From Bacteroidota bacterium (GTDB taxonomy: Bacteria > Bacteroidota > Rhodothermia > Rhodothermales > JAHQVL01), in the NCBI GenBank assembly GCA_039111535.1, contig JBCCIM010000008.1, positions 2,984 through 66,983 of the forward strand: a DNA stretch of 64,000 nucleotides. The letters run 5' to 3'. Position 1 is the stretch's first letter. Every line of letters begins with the position of its first letter. The notes below the pieces were generated by a model that was given only the letters and a program-made list of their open reading frames with translations, ran no database searches and was not told where the DNA came from. This document shows, in pieces, positions 18,384 to 28,935 of the stretch. The position numbers and the translations under genes are program-made.

Positions 18384-18728
18384 ATGGCAGAAAAAACGCT
18401 TTTCGAAAAAATTGCAGACCGGGAAATCCCCGCAGATCTCGTCTATGAAGATGACCTGTGTATCGCATTTCGCGATATTCATCCGCAGGCACCCACACAC
18501 ATTCTAATTGTACCCAGAAAACCTATCCCAACGCTCGACGCTCTTGAACCGGCAGATGAACAACTGGTGGGACACCTTTTTCTGGTTGCAAAAAAGATTG
18601 CGAAGCAGGAAGGCCTGACCAATGGGTATCGGACCGTTTTTAACTGCGGTGAGGAAGCAGGACAAACCGTTTTCCATATCCACCTGCACTTGCTTGGCGG
18701 CCGGCCGCTGGCGTGGCCTCCGGGTTAA
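18384..18728 (+). CDS. hinT: histidine triad nucleotide-binding protein
   Basis: TLFEKI, PQAPTHILIVP, HIHLHLLGG. Confidence 0.95.
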   Translation: MAEKTLFEKIADREIPADLVYEDDLCIAFRDIHPQAPTHILIVPRKPIPTLDALEPADEQLVGHLFLVAKKIAKQEGLTNGYRTVFNCGEEAGQTVFHIHLHLLGGRPLAWPPG

Positions 18729-18731
18729 TTT

Positions 18732-20795
18732 TTGCTCCGCTGCATGTCCTTCTTTGTAAACCCCTCACAATCAATAACACGACAACTGACCTGGTTGCTC
18801 TGTACGTGTGCGGTTTACTTACTGTTTACAGCGCCTGCAATTGCCCAAAACCAGCAACAACTCGCTACGGGATTTGAGCGCGATGTAAACCGCTATCGGT
18901 GGACAGCCGACTTGCAACTCAGGCAGCAAATCAAAAACTGGCAGTTTGACGCCACAAACAGGTTCTCGTCCGACGCCTTTATCCTGTTCAATAACCTGCT
19001 AAGTTTTAGAGATGAAAACCAGCTGTCGTGGATGCTCGACAGGCAGGAAGACAAACTATCTGCGATTCCGCGCTTTAAAGGCCGGCTGGCATGGTACAGC
19101 CAGAGCCGGGTCCTTTCGCAAGAGATCTATGCATTTACCACGTTAAAGCTACTCGATGTCTTGGCTTTTGAACCCGCTGTAGGCTTTGCTATGGATCAGC
19201 GTCCCGGCGCAAATCGGGAAGATGGGCGCGCCCCGTTGCAATCTGACGCTGGCCCTGCCTTTGGTGGCCAACTTCGCTTCTTGCCAGACAAAAACAGTGC
19301 ATCCAACATCGCCATTGAAGCCGGCGGCAACCTCCAACTTATTAACCCGAGGCGTGGGCGTTCCATGCGCATGAAAGGGCAGGCAGAACGACTCTTTGCA
19401 GAAACCAGACTTGGCTCTACCTTCTCCTACTCGAACGCGCGCCGCGATGCCTACCAGGCCATCTCATTCCTGAACCGCGACACCGATACCAACCTGCTTT
19501 CCCAAACCATTGAAGCAACCACAAGCGATACCCTTTTTGTTGGATTGGAGCTGGAATCACCCCTTACCAAATCCCTCAAACTTACAAGCAACATAGATTT
19601 CACGGCCAACAACCGTAAAATCCGAACCTTTCAAGCGCCAGACCAATCCATCTTTTTTGATACCGACTTTAACCGAAGAACAGTTGATGCAGAAGTTGGG
19701 CTACTCTACGAAACGCGCCGGCTTGTCTCTCATCTGACCATGCTCGGCGGCGCTGAATTTGAGCAGCGGCAACTTGCCAACCGGGATGAGCTCCCCCCCG
19801 TCCAGGCAACGCAAAAAGGCGATCTCCTTGAGCAAGCTGACTACGACCGCAGCTTTTTCACCCTCCGCCTCCGCAACCAGATTGCCCTTACACCAAAGCT
19901 GGACCTCCGCACCGAAAGCACTGCCAATATCCTCCGCCACGACACCCCACTCTCAAACCAGGACGACCGGGACGAGGCCTTCTTCAACGGGTTGTTGGGC
20001 ATGCAGTACAGGATCAGCCCCTACCTCCAGGCTAATATGAACGTGTTTGGCTCTTACTACCACACGGTATACCTGAAAGCCCGCCGCTCTGCTGAAAACA
20101 ATGTGCAACGCACCCTTCGCCTCCGCCCTACCATAATCTGGACGCCAGCGCAGGCCACCTATTTCCGCGTCACTTCAGAAGTGAGGGCAACGTACACCGT
20201 AGACGACTTTGTATTGGAGGGCCGGCGCCCAACCGACCAGTCGGCCCGTGAACTGCGATATGAATCTGAATACAAACAGGATCTGGGAGAAGGTTTTCAC
20301 TTACACGTAACCGGTGGATTTAGCGATCTTCGGCTTGGGCGTTTTTTGCAGGATTCTTTTGCAGAAATACCTTTTGACACCTTGCAGACTTACAGTGGGT
20401 GGGTACGCATTCGCTCAGAAGGCCGGCTTAACAGCGAGTTGGGTGTCCGGGTATTTACAAGAACTGATTTTGAACGCGCCAATACGGTGCGCTACCGCCG
20501 TATCGACGAAAATGGAAATTTTGTGGTTGACGAAACCGGCGCCGTTTTGCGCAGCACCGTTACCCGACAGGGCCGGCGATGGATTGAGCAGATAGGGCCT
20601 ACGTTTGCCCTCGTGTTGCCCATGCGGCGCGCATCAGCAATCAGGCTCGATGGTTGGCTCAATTTTCAACGCATCAGACAAACGCTCTATGGTGATTTGC
20701 CCGAGGAACTCGCAGATCACATCCAGCGTGAAGCCCAACGGGGTACCCTGAAAACAATCCCGAATGTGGCACTGTCTGTTATATGGAATTTATAA
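18732..20795 (+). CDS. hypothetical exported protein, likely outer-membrane beta-barrel
   Basis: Signal peptide ending PAIA-Q, alternating hydrophobic/aromatic strands, C-terminal VALSVIWNL; in operon with hinT and coaE. Confidence 0.7.
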   Translation: MLRCMSFFVNPSQSITRQLTWLLCTCAVYLLFTAPAIAQNQQQLATGFERDVNRYRWTADLQLRQQIKNWQFDATNRFSSDAFILFNNLLSFRDENQLSWMLDRQEDKLSAIPRFKGRLAWYSQSRVLSQEIYAFTTLKLLDVLAFEPAVGFAMDQRPGANREDGRAPLQSDAGPAFGGQLRFLPDKNSASNIAIEAGGNLQLINPRRGRSMRMKGQAERLFAETRLGSTFSYSNARRDAYQAISFLNRDTDTNLLSQTIEATTSDTLFVGLELESPLTKSLKLTSNIDFTANNRKIRTFQAPDQSIFFDTDFNRRTVDAEVGLLYETRRLVSHLTMLGGAEFEQRQLANRDELPPVQATQKGDLLEQADYDRSFFTLRLRNQIALTPKLDLRTESTANILRHDTPLSNQDDRDEAFFNGLLGMQYRISPYLQANMNVFGSYYHTVYLKARRSAENNVQRTLRLRPTIIWTPAQATYFRVTSEVRATYTVDDFVLEGRRPTDQSARELRYESEYKQDLGEGFHLHVTGGFSDLRLGRFLQDSFAEIPFDTLQTYSGWVRIRSEGRLNSELGVRVFTRTDFERANTVRYRRIDENGNFVVDETGAVLRSTVTRQGRRWIEQIGPTFALVLPMRRASAIRLDGWLNFQRIRQTLYGDLPEELADHIQREAQRGTLKTIPNVALSVIWNL

Positions 20796-20843
20796 CCGTG
20801 TTTGCGCCGGACACCGTGCTAAAGCTGGGCTAGAGACTACATT

Positions 20844-21473
20844 ATGACTCCTTCATCTGAAGAAATTTTTTTACTGGGTGTTACCGGCGGCATTGGCAGC
20901 GGTAAATCGATGGTTTGTCGTTTTTTCGCGGAGCGCGGTGCCCATGTTGTGTACGCTGATGCAGCTGCAAAAGCACTCATGGTGTCCAATGAAGCCGTAC
21001 GTGCAGACATCATCGAAGCCTTTGGAAAAGCCAGTTACCATGCAGATGGTAGCCTCAACCGTGCGCACCTGGCCAGCCAGGTTTTTGGAGATGATGCAGC
21101 TGTCGCTCGCATCAACAGCATCGTACATCCACGGATGGCCGATGTGCTGATAGAAGCGAGGGATGTGGCGATGGCGGCCGGCAAAAAACTGCTCGTCTAC
21201 GAGGCGGCGCTGATATACGAATCGGGTAGTGCGGACCGACTGGATGCGGTTGCAGTCGTACACACCCCACTGGTACTCAGGCTACAGCGCGTGATGGCCC
21301 GCGACGAAGCAACTGAAGCCCAGGTCAAAAAGCGCATGGATCACCAGCTACCCCCCGAAACCTTGCTTGAAAAAGCAGATTATGTTTTGCACAACGACGG
21401 ATCTATAGCGCACCTGGAGGCCCAGGTTGACGCGTTATACCACACCATTCTCCAGCTACAAAATACGAACTGA
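20844..21473 (+). CDS. coaE: dephospho-CoA kinase
   Basis: GVTGGIGSGKS P-loop, DAD-like ADA, LNRAHLA..VF, IVHP, LIYE. Confidence 0.95.
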   Translation: MTPSSEEIFLLGVTGGIGSGKSMVCRFFAERGAHVVYADAAAKALMVSNEAVRADIIEAFGKASYHADGSLNRAHLASQVFGDDAAVARINSIVHPRMADVLIEARDVAMAAGKKLLVYEAALIYESGSADRLDAVAVVHTPLVLRLQRVMARDEATEAQVKKRMDHQLPPETLLEKADYVLHNDGSIAHLEAQVDALYHTILQLQNTN

Positions 21474-21734
21474 TGCGCGACAAATTGATTTCTTCTTGCG
21501 AGATCTGTGAAGACACCCCAAAAACAGAACACATCGGGCCTTGGTTGATTTAAGTAAATCAGCGCTTATTCTTTGCACCCCAGTATATAAAAAACAGTAT
21601 ATTTAGCCCATTCAAGCAACAGTACGGGCTACCTGAAGCATATCTGCGGTCATCAACGAGCACCCTGTTCCATTCCATTTTTGTTCTAACAAGCAGAAAT
21701 TCAGATACCCTGCTTGCCAATCGTCAATCAAGTT

Positions 21735-22985
21735 ATGCACCTTTGTCTTTTTGAAGACCACGAAGTATATCATCTCTCGCCTATCGCCCAAACACGCGGC
21801 GTATACCTGATTCGGACTGGCGCGCTGAACAATCTTGTGAGGTTATGGGAAACGTTTGACCGTCCGAAGCTGTCGCTGCACGCCCGTACGGAAATTGAGG
21901 AAATTGTGCGCAGCCAGACCGGGCTTCCGGTAAACGAAGGCGAAGACGAAAAAGGGTATTTGTTTGTCAATGGCAGAATTACGGTGCTGCCTATTCAGTT
22001 GGTAGCTCGCCTCGCCCGAAAATCTTCCAAAAAGAAAAAAGCGAAAGTTTTTATGCAGCAGGGCATTGTGGTTGCTGCATGGGCGCCCGACATGAAGTCG
22101 CTCAAGTTTGACGGCCCGATTGATGCATCCACGTTTGAAGGCCTGCCAACGGAAGAAGTAACGGGCGTTGAGATGATTGGCCGGCTGTGGCATCTGGTAG
22201 ATGGTCTGCAGGCGCGGCTTGAACAGGACCTTGCCCGTCTATCGCGCAACTACAAACCTGAAACGCCACCGCAGGTACACGCATCGGTCACGCTGTACAA
22301 CCCTGAGTCCATCTTCATCGGACCAGATGTTGAAATTGCACCCGGCGCAATTATTACCGCTGCAGACGGGCCGGTTTTCATTGCCCGTGGTGTCAAAATT
22401 ATGGAAGGTGCTATTGTAAAAGGGCCCATCTACCTGGGCAAGCGTAGCACAGTAAAGGCCCGCGCCGAGATTTCGCGGAGCGCCATTGGCCCCATATGCA
22501 AAGCCGGCGGGGAAGTTACCGACGTTATCATGCAATCCTTCTCGAACAAAGCCCACGAAGGCTTTCTCGGACATGCCTACCTTGGTTCATGGTGTAATAT
22601 TGGCGCCGGCACCAATGCCTCCAACCTGCGCAACGACTACAACGACGCGACACTGTTTAATGAACATCTCAATGCGTTCGAACCTACGGGCCGGCAATTC
22701 CTCGGTCTCATCATGGCTGATTACTGCAAGATTGGGATCAGTTCCATGGTAAATACGGCATCGGTATTCGGGGTTGGTTGTAATTTGTTTGGGAGCGAAT
22801 TTCTGCCGCGCCACCTCCCCTCATTTAGTTGGGGAAGCCCTCACACCGGTTTTGAACCTTACCGATTGGATAAAGCCTACGAATCTATCGAGCGGTTGAT
22901 GGCGCGTCGGGCCAGAACCCTTTCTGATGTCACCAAAAGACAGTTGGAAGTGATTTTCAACAACGCACAAGCGCCGGCCCTGTAA
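21735..22985 (+). CDS. putative sugar nucleotidyltransferase with hexapeptide repeats (Bacteroidota GlmU-like family)
   Basis: LFED..VYHLSP..TR..Y.IRTG N-terminus, left-handed beta-helix repeats, SNKAHEGFLGHAYLGSWCNIGAGTNASNL. Confidence 0.85.
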   Translation: MHLCLFEDHEVYHLSPIAQTRGVYLIRTGALNNLVRLWETFDRPKLSLHARTEIEEIVRSQTGLPVNEGEDEKGYLFVNGRITVLPIQLVARLARKSSKKKKAKVFMQQGIVVAAWAPDMKSLKFDGPIDASTFEGLPTEEVTGVEMIGRLWHLVDGLQARLEQDLARLSRNYKPETPPQVHASVTLYNPESIFIGPDVEIAPGAIITAADGPVFIARGVKIMEGAIVKGPIYLGKRSTVKARAEISRSAIGPICKAGGEVTDVIMQSFSNKAHEGFLGHAYLGSWCNIGAGTNASNLRNDYNDATLFNEHLNAFEPTGRQFLGLIMADYCKIGISSMVNTASVFGVGCNLFGSEFLPRHLPSFSWGSPHTGFEPYRLDKAYESIERLMARRARTLSDVTKRQLEVIFNNAQAPAL

Positions 22986-23016
22986 ACAGACGTTTGCTAT
23001 TGGCCCAGTGTACGAA

Positions 23017-24753
23017 CTAACTGACCACTTTCATTACAATCATGGTGAGGTCATCGCTGAGTTGTGTTTCGCTGCCTGTAAAATCAACAATGGCAGTACG
23101 TACAGCGTTTAGGATGTGCTGTGCAGATTCGTTCTGGTGTTCGCGCAGAATTGCTTCGAGTCGGTCTTCGTGAAACTCCTCCTCTTCCGGGCTCATGGCC
23201 TCCGTAACCCCATCGGTAAAAGAAACGAGAATATCCCCCGGCAACAGGTCTACGCTTCCGCGTTTATACGGCATATCTTGCATTACACCGAGCAAGAGCC
23301 CTCCTTCTTCAAGCAGTTCGAGTGCACCATCTTTCCGGAGAAGCATGGGCGGATTATGGCCGGCGTTTACATATTCGAAGCGGCGCGTTTCCGGGTGATA
23401 TAGTCCAGTAAAAGCCGTAATGAACTTGTCAAAGCTGGTATTCTGGCAGATAACGCGGTTCATATGGCCGATAAACTCTTCCATGGTGAGGTCCATTGGC
23501 ACCATGGTATGCAAACAGGCCTGCAGGTTTGCCATGAGCAGTGCAGCCGGCACACCTTTGCCGGTCACATCTGCAATTGCAATCAGGATGCTACCATTTT
23601 GCTGGGCAACCAGGTCAAAGTAATCGCCGCCTACATGCCGGCTTGGCAGGGCGAGCGAGGCCATCTGTAAGCCAGAAACTTCCGGCGTCTCCCGCGGCAA
23701 CAGACGCTCCTGAATATCACGCGCAAGCCGCATCTCTTCTTCCAGGCGCTCCTTTTCGATCTGCTGTTCTACGAGATAGCTGTTCTGAATCGATACAAAC
23801 GCCAGGTTACCGAGGGCATAGAGCAGATCGATGTCATCCGGCTGGTAAGCCTGCCCGGTCATTTTGGGACCAAGGCAAAGAATAGCGCTTGTTTCATTTT
23901 TATGCTGAATAGGCAGAATGAGCGCAAGGCCTTCGTCACATAGCGGGCGCCATTCTTCGGGTGCTTCAGCAGGGTTCTCAAACTGTAATTCTTTTTTAAG
24001 GCCAGCGAGGTTATCCAATACCTGTGCAGAGCACACTTCCTTTTTCACCCCTTGTGAAGCCACAACCTGAAGCATTGAGGTTTCATCCTCATCGTCTCCA
24101 CTTCGCTTGAGCAGAAACAGGTGTTTATTGACCAACATCTGCCCCATCAGCGCAAAGGCAAGTAATTTGACGAGTTTCTCGCGATCCACCGTTGAGTTGA
24201 ATTCCTGTGACAGATCAAACAGGGTGTTCAACTGCTGTACTTTGCCATCCAGCTCTCGATTGGTATGCTGGAGTTCTTCAACCATGAGCGAGTTGAGCAC
24301 CGAGGCAGACGACATATTGACCAGCGACAGGATGAACTCCAACTCTTCGGGATCAAATGCCTTTCCTGTTGCTTTCGGCCCGAGACCAATCAAACCGATT
24401 TTTCGATGGCCAAAGGCAACGGGCAACAGCATGACAATCTGGTGCCGGGCCAGTTCTTCGGGAATGTCATCTGCACCAATCAGTTCACCGGAATGTAATT
24501 CATCAAGCCTGATTTTTGCGCCGGCGTCGATGTCGGGCAGCCCTTTCACTTTGAGCACATGGTAACATCCTTCGTCTTCCTTGTACAGCAACGCTACCCC
24601 GCGGGTTACGAGCAGTTTGCTCATCGCGGTAAGGAGCAAATTGTTCAGGATAAATTCCAGATCAAGAGACGAGCTCAGCATCTGGCTCGTTTCATACAGG
24701 GCCCGCAAATCGTGGCGGGTTGTCCGTTGCTCGTGTGAGGTACTTCCGGGCAT
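23017..24753 (-). CDS. GAF-domain PP2C/SpoIIE (RsbU-like) serine phosphatase
   Basis: Two GAF-like segments; ARDIQERLLP, GGDYFD, IADVTGKG, NAGHNPP, FTDGVTEA, DDLTMIV. Confidence 0.92.
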   Translation of the reverse strand: MPGSTSHEQRTTRHDLRALYETSQMLSSSLDLEFILNNLLLTAMSKLLVTRGVALLYKEDEGCYHVLKVKGLPDIDAGAKIRLDELHSGELIGADDIPEELARHQIVMLLPVAFGHRKIGLIGLGPKATGKAFDPEELEFILSLVNMSSASVLNSLMVEELQHTNRELDGKVQQLNTLFDLSQEFNSTVDREKLVKLLAFALMGQMLVNKHLFLLKRSGDDEDETSMLQVVASQGVKKEVCSAQVLDNLAGLKKELQFENPAEAPEEWRPLCDEGLALILPIQHKNETSAILCLGPKMTGQAYQPDDIDLLYALGNLAFVSIQNSYLVEQQIEKERLEEEMRLARDIQERLLPRETPEVSGLQMASLALPSRHVGGDYFDLVAQQNGSILIAIADVTGKGVPAALLMANLQACLHTMVPMDLTMEEFIGHMNRVICQNTSFDKFITAFTGLYHPETRRFEYVNAGHNPPMLLRKDGALELLEEGGLLLGVMQDMPYKRGSVDLLPGDILVSFTDGVTEAMSPEEEEFHEDRLEAILREHQNESAQHILNAVRTAIVDFTGSETQLSDDLTMIVMKVVS

Positions 24754-24806
24754 GGGCCTCTTTAGGGTACGTGTGGTGTGGTCGCGCGTGTGCGTATCAG
24801 GGTAAA

Positions 24807-25301
24807 CTACTTTTCGTCCAGGTGAACCACCTCGACTTGTTTGGCTTTGCCTGCCTCAATTTTTAGTCGTAAACAGGTTTTGACCTGGTGAAATCCCTGC
24901 CGGCCTGCAGCGCCAGGATTAATATACAGCATATTGCCGAGTGACTTTACGCGTTCTACCCGCAAAATATGGCTGTGTCCACAGATAAAGATGTCGGGAG
25001 GCTCAACGGCCAACTGTTTGTCCATGTTTCGCTGCCAAGCTTTCTGATGGCCTGCGATGTGTGTCATCCAGAACTTCAAGCCGGCATACTTGATCCGCAT
25101 GTGTTTCTCTGTACGGTGCCGAATGTCTTGTCCATCAACGTTTCCCCATACAGCCCGGGTAGGCGCAAGGGCTTCAAGCTGGTCGAGAATGCTGGTTGTA
25201 CCAATATCTCCGGCGTGCAAAATCAGGTCTACACCACTGAGATAGTCAGGAATTGCGGGATGGAAATAACCGTGGGTATCAGAGAGAATACCTATGAGCA
25301 T
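24807..25301 (-). CDS. metallophosphoesterase (YfcE/MJ0936 family)
   Basis: ILSDTHG, ILHAGDI, VWGNVD, ICGHSH, INPGAAG; ATG at 25301. Confidence 0.92.
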   Translation of the reverse strand: MLIGILSDTHGYFHPAIPDYLSGVDLILHAGDIGTTSILDQLEALAPTRAVWGNVDGQDIRHRTEKHMRIKYAGLKFWMTHIAGHQKAWQRNMDKQLAVEPPDIFICGHSHILRVERVKSLGNMLYINPGAAGRQGFHQVKTCLRLKIEAGKAKQVEVVHLDEK

Positions 25302-25312
25302 CAAATAGCGCC

Positions 25313-26377
25313 TTATCGCAACATAAATCGAACACCAACCTGCCGGCGGGAGCGCGGCCAGTTTCCTTCGCCAGGCACCCACTGCCTGAGAGGCAGCCCA
25401 ATGTAAGGCATAATCTTAAATCCGGGCCGATGAAACTCGATGCCTGATCGCGCCCAAATTACGCCGCCTACATAATCTTTCGACGTTGTAATTTCTTTTT
25501 TGAAAGAAGTTGCGGCATCTAGATTTAATGCCCCAAGCAAAGGTTGCTCGTAAGACGTTTCGAGCAAGTCATAGTTGCCGGCTTGCCCAAGAACCGAGAC
25601 AAAAATATTACTACCGGCCGGATCTAGGCGGAAGTTATAGCCAAACATCATGTGGACTTCCCATCCCAGCGCACGGGTGTAAATCACATCAAGGTTGTTG
25701 CGTTGGCTTGAAAAAGGTCCGGTGCCATGCAGTACAAATCCGGTTGAAAGCCCTGGCTCAGCCAGCACCCACTGCTCATATCCAAGACGCACGCGGCGAA
25801 TGCCAAATGCAAAGTTGGTTGATGCCAGTGGCGATACCAGGTTTGAAGAAAGCCAGGCGATATCAATTTGAGGAAATCCTACCCGGCCGCCAAAAGAAGG
25901 GTCAACAGCGAGCCGCAGTGCATACGAGCGCACATCGCTGTGCTCGTAATATTTGAATACCAGCCAACTGAGCGATAAGCCACGGCGCGTACTGTTGCCA
26001 GCAGCATCCACAACCGCGCTCAAATCAAGTCGTTTAGAGAATTGGTAATCCAACCTGAAACTAAGGCCCAGCGGGTTGGGCTCAACCACCTGCAGCTCTT
26101 CACCTTGCAGGGACCCGGCATTGCGATACGCCACTTCAGCGGTGAGGGCATAGCCTCCATAAAACTCGCGTTGTGATTCTTCGCCGCGGTATAACTGATC
26201 GTACTGGAGGAAAGGACGTTGGGCAAAAGCGTGCGCCGGCATCAGCAAATACAATACGCCCAGCATTGGAAGAAGCAATGCCTGTCTTGAAACGCAAAAA
26301 TAGCGCTTCCCATGGCGCTCCGAGCGCCACGCTGAGCTCGTATGTGTCGGAATGGGATGCATTTGGACTGCCAGCAC
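25313..26377 (-). CDS. hypothetical exported protein, probable outer-membrane beta-barrel; true start likely downstream (MLGVLYLLMPAHAFA-Q)
   Basis: Signal-like segment ending AHAFA-Q; alternating aromatic strands; C-terminal QVGVRFMLR. Confidence 0.65.
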   Translation of the reverse strand: MLAVQMHPIPTHTSSAWRSERHGKRYFCVSRQALLLPMLGVLYLLMPAHAFAQRPFLQYDQLYRGEESQREFYGGYALTAEVAYRNAGSLQGEELQVVEPNPLGLSFRLDYQFSKRLDLSAVVDAAGNSTRRGLSLSWLVFKYYEHSDVRSYALRLAVDPSFGGRVGFPQIDIAWLSSNLVSPLASTNFAFGIRRVRLGYEQWVLAEPGLSTGFVLHGTGPFSSQRNNLDVIYTRALGWEVHMMFGYNFRLDPAGSNIFVSVLGQAGNYDLLETSYEQPLLGALNLDAATSFKKEITTSKDYVGGVIWARSGIEFHRPGFKIMPYIGLPLRQWVPGEGNWPRSRRQVGVRFMLR

Positions 26378-26472
26378 AAGTTTAAGCGGCAGGAATCCAT
26401 GGGCGCAGCCGGGAATTGCGCTAATGGAATGGGGGACCCTGTAAAATACAAAACTTTTGTGAAGAACGAAAG

Positions 26473-27159
26473 CTAGAGCAAAATCGTTTCCCCAGGAGCC
26501 AAAACTTTTGTCTCAAAACCTTTATCAGCCATGCCACCTTCCCATTCTGGCATATCAATTTCGATGGGCGGGAAGGTGTTATAATGCATCGGAATGCTGA
26601 GCTTGGGCTTAAGCAAAGATGCTGCGCGGATGGCACCTTGCGGTCCCATTGTAAAACAATCACCCACCGGCATCAGCGCCACATCAATGGCGTGTTCTTC
26701 GCCAATCCAGGCCATTTCAGCAAATGGGCCCGTATCACCGAGGTTGTAGATACACTTCCCTGCTATATGCAAAACAAGCCCATTGGGGCATCCGCCGTAG
26801 GTCCCATCGGGGAAAGAAGAAGAGTGGGTGGCCTGTACAAAGGTCACTTTCCCCCAATCGAAAGTCCAACTCCCCCCGGTATTCATTGCGTGAACGCGTG
26901 GGTGGTTGTGGTTGCGTTTTATGTATTCACAGATCTCATAATTCGCAACCAGTAAAGCCCCGGTACGCAGTGCAATCGGGGCTGTATCTCCCCAATGGTC
27001 ACCATGCGCGTGCGTAAGCAGAATAACATCAGGATTTAAATCTTCTGCTTTCACAACAGAAGCAGCGAGGGGATTGCCTGTAATGAACGGGTCAAACAAC
27101 AACGTTACATCGTCTGTTTTCAGCTGGAATGCAGAGTGGCCAAAATAAGTAAGTTCCAT
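26473..27159 (-). CDS. metal-dependent hydrolase, metallo-beta-lactamase fold (UPF0173-like)
   Basis: YFGHSAF, DPFITGNP, THAHGDH, HSSS, GDTG, PMHYNTFP. Confidence 0.92.
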   Translation of the reverse strand: MELTYFGHSAFQLKTDDVTLLFDPFITGNPLAASVVKAEDLNPDVILLTHAHGDHWGDTAPIALRTGALLVANYEICEYIKRNHNHPRVHAMNTGGSWTFDWGKVTFVQATHSSSFPDGTYGGCPNGLVLHIAGKCIYNLGDTGPFAEMAWIGEEHAIDVALMPVGDCFTMGPQGAIRAASLLKPKLSIPMHYNTFPPIEIDMPEWEGGMADKGFETKVLAPGETILL

Positions 27160-27204
27160 GATACGTATCGGATTCAGGAGTAAGATTGGACAGGATTGAA
27201 GCGC

Positions 27205-28176
27205 TTATTGGGACCACGACGTTGGTTCGCGATCCCATCGATGTGCCTTCAGCTGTGTATGCAGCGCTTGTGCCAGGGGTCCTTTTTCGCTGGCTGCCAT
27301 ATTTGCTTCAACGTGTCGTAATTTACGCATTCCCGGAATAATAGTACTAACACTTTGGTTATTGAGAATGAAGCGGAGGGCCATTTCCGGCATATCCATG
27401 TCTCCTGGCACCAACGGACGCAGGGCTTCAGCCCGATCTACGCTTGCATGCAAGTTCTCCGGTACAAAATAGGTATTGCGCCAATCTCCCTCTGGCCAGG
27501 TTGTTTCTTTGGTTAGAATGCCTGTCAGGGTCCCTTCATCAAATGGTACACGCGCAATGACGGCAACATCCTTTTCCTCACACGCCGGAAAAAGCTCATC
27601 TTCCGGGTTTTGGTCGAAAATATTGTAGATCACTTGCACAGCATCCACTGCGCCGCTGCGAACGGCGGCAATCCCATTCCAGGTTTCCCAGCGGTTCAAA
27701 CTGATCCCAACTGCACCAATCATACCCCGCGCTTTCAGGTCCTCCATTTTACGCAGCCACCGTTCATCTGAGAGCCAGTGGTCTTCCCACACGTGAAACT
27801 GCATCAGGTCAATACACTCCAGGCCGGTGTTTTTCAGGCTGTCTACAACGTATTCCTCGATATGCGCAGGCGGATAACAATCGTCCAATGAGAACTCGCG
27901 CCGGCTGGGCCAGGTGAAGTTCTTGGCGGGAATTTTAGATGCCGTATATAGTTTCCTGTCTGAATTTGAACGCACCAATTCGCCAAGCAGTTTTTCGCTA
28001 TGTCCTTCGCCATACGCCCAGGCGGTATCAAAGAAATTACACCCTAACGCTACCGCATGATTGAGTGACTTCAATGATTCCCTGTCGTCAGATCCTTTCC
28101 AACCGCCCATGCCCCACATCCCGTAGCCAACTTCGCTAACCTGCCATCCCGTGCGTCCAAACCTTCTGTATTTCAT
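27205..28176 (-). CDS. aldo/keto reductase
   Basis: RRFGRTGWQVSEVGYG, FFDTAWAYGEGHSE, IDLMQFH, STIIPGM. Confidence 0.93.
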   Translation of the reverse strand: MKYRRFGRTGWQVSEVGYGMWGMGGWKGSDDRESLKSLNHAVALGCNFFDTAWAYGEGHSEKLLGELVRSNSDRKLYTASKIPAKNFTWPSRREFSLDDCYPPAHIEEYVVDSLKNTGLECIDLMQFHVWEDHWLSDERWLRKMEDLKARGMIGAVGISLNRWETWNGIAAVRSGAVDAVQVIYNIFDQNPEDELFPACEEKDVAVIARVPFDEGTLTGILTKETTWPEGDWRNTYFVPENLHASVDRAEALRPLVPGDMDMPEMALRFILNNQSVSTIIPGMRKLRHVEANMAASEKGPLAQALHTQLKAHRWDREPTSWSQ

Positions 28177-28371
28177 TAATATGCTCTGGGTTTATCCTGG
28201 CCCGGGATACTGCTGCAGGACCAGCGTCGTAGAAGATAATTTTCACCCAAGGTACAGCCAAAGCGGGATACAAAAAATGGGCTGGGCGCCGGCGATTGGA
28301 AATCATCACCGGGACCCAGCCCCTCATACAAACAGATACTGCTACGTTCCGTTTACTTGAACGCCAGCACG

Positions 28372-28839
28372 TTAATTCACGCGTGGCTGTGCGCCACCAC
28401 CACGGCCACCGCGACCGCCGAACTCCGAACGCCTGCGCTCACGCATTTCTGCCTGAATTTTTGTGTATTTCTCCATTTCCTCCTCCGACAACACGGCAGC
28501 CAGTTTTTCATTGGTACGGCTTGTCAGTTCATTCATCTCTTCCCGCATCGCCTGACGCGCATTACGGTCCTGCCCCTGGAAACCCGAAAAAATGGTTGTC
28601 CGCTCTTTTGCCTCTTCCGATAAGATGCCCCGCACCAACTCAGATTTTTCATCGGGCAATGCCAGCGCTGTGACCAACTCTTCTACCTGGGCTTTCATCC
28701 GCTCTTCCATGTTCGCACCACCACCCCGCTCGCCCCGTTGGGCAAAAGCAGACAACGTACCTGCCAGAAGTAGCATCACACAAAGCGTTAGTGTTTTGAG
28801 TGCTTTACCCATTGTTTGATTTAAAGCTAAAGTTTTCAT
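28372..28839 (-). CDS. small periplasmic helical protein (Spy/CpxP-like)
   Basis: Signal peptide ending SAFA-Q; charged helical core; VLSEEEMEKY resembles the LTxxQ motif; Gly/Arg-rich tail. Confidence 0.7.
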   Translation of the reverse strand: MKTLALNQTMGKALKTLTLCVMLLLAGTLSAFAQRGERGGGANMEERMKAQVEELVTALALPDEKSELVRGILSEEAKERTTIFSGFQGQDRNARQAMREEMNELTSRTNEKLAAVLSEEEMEKYTKIQAEMRERRRSEFGGRGGRGGGAQPRVN

Positions 28840-28935
28840 CTTGGTTACCCGTTCAATTTTTTACCGTAGGCCGTAGTAAGATATTCACGCCACTAAGACG
28901 AACAATGTACCTCTTGCATTCCAAAATGGACAGGT

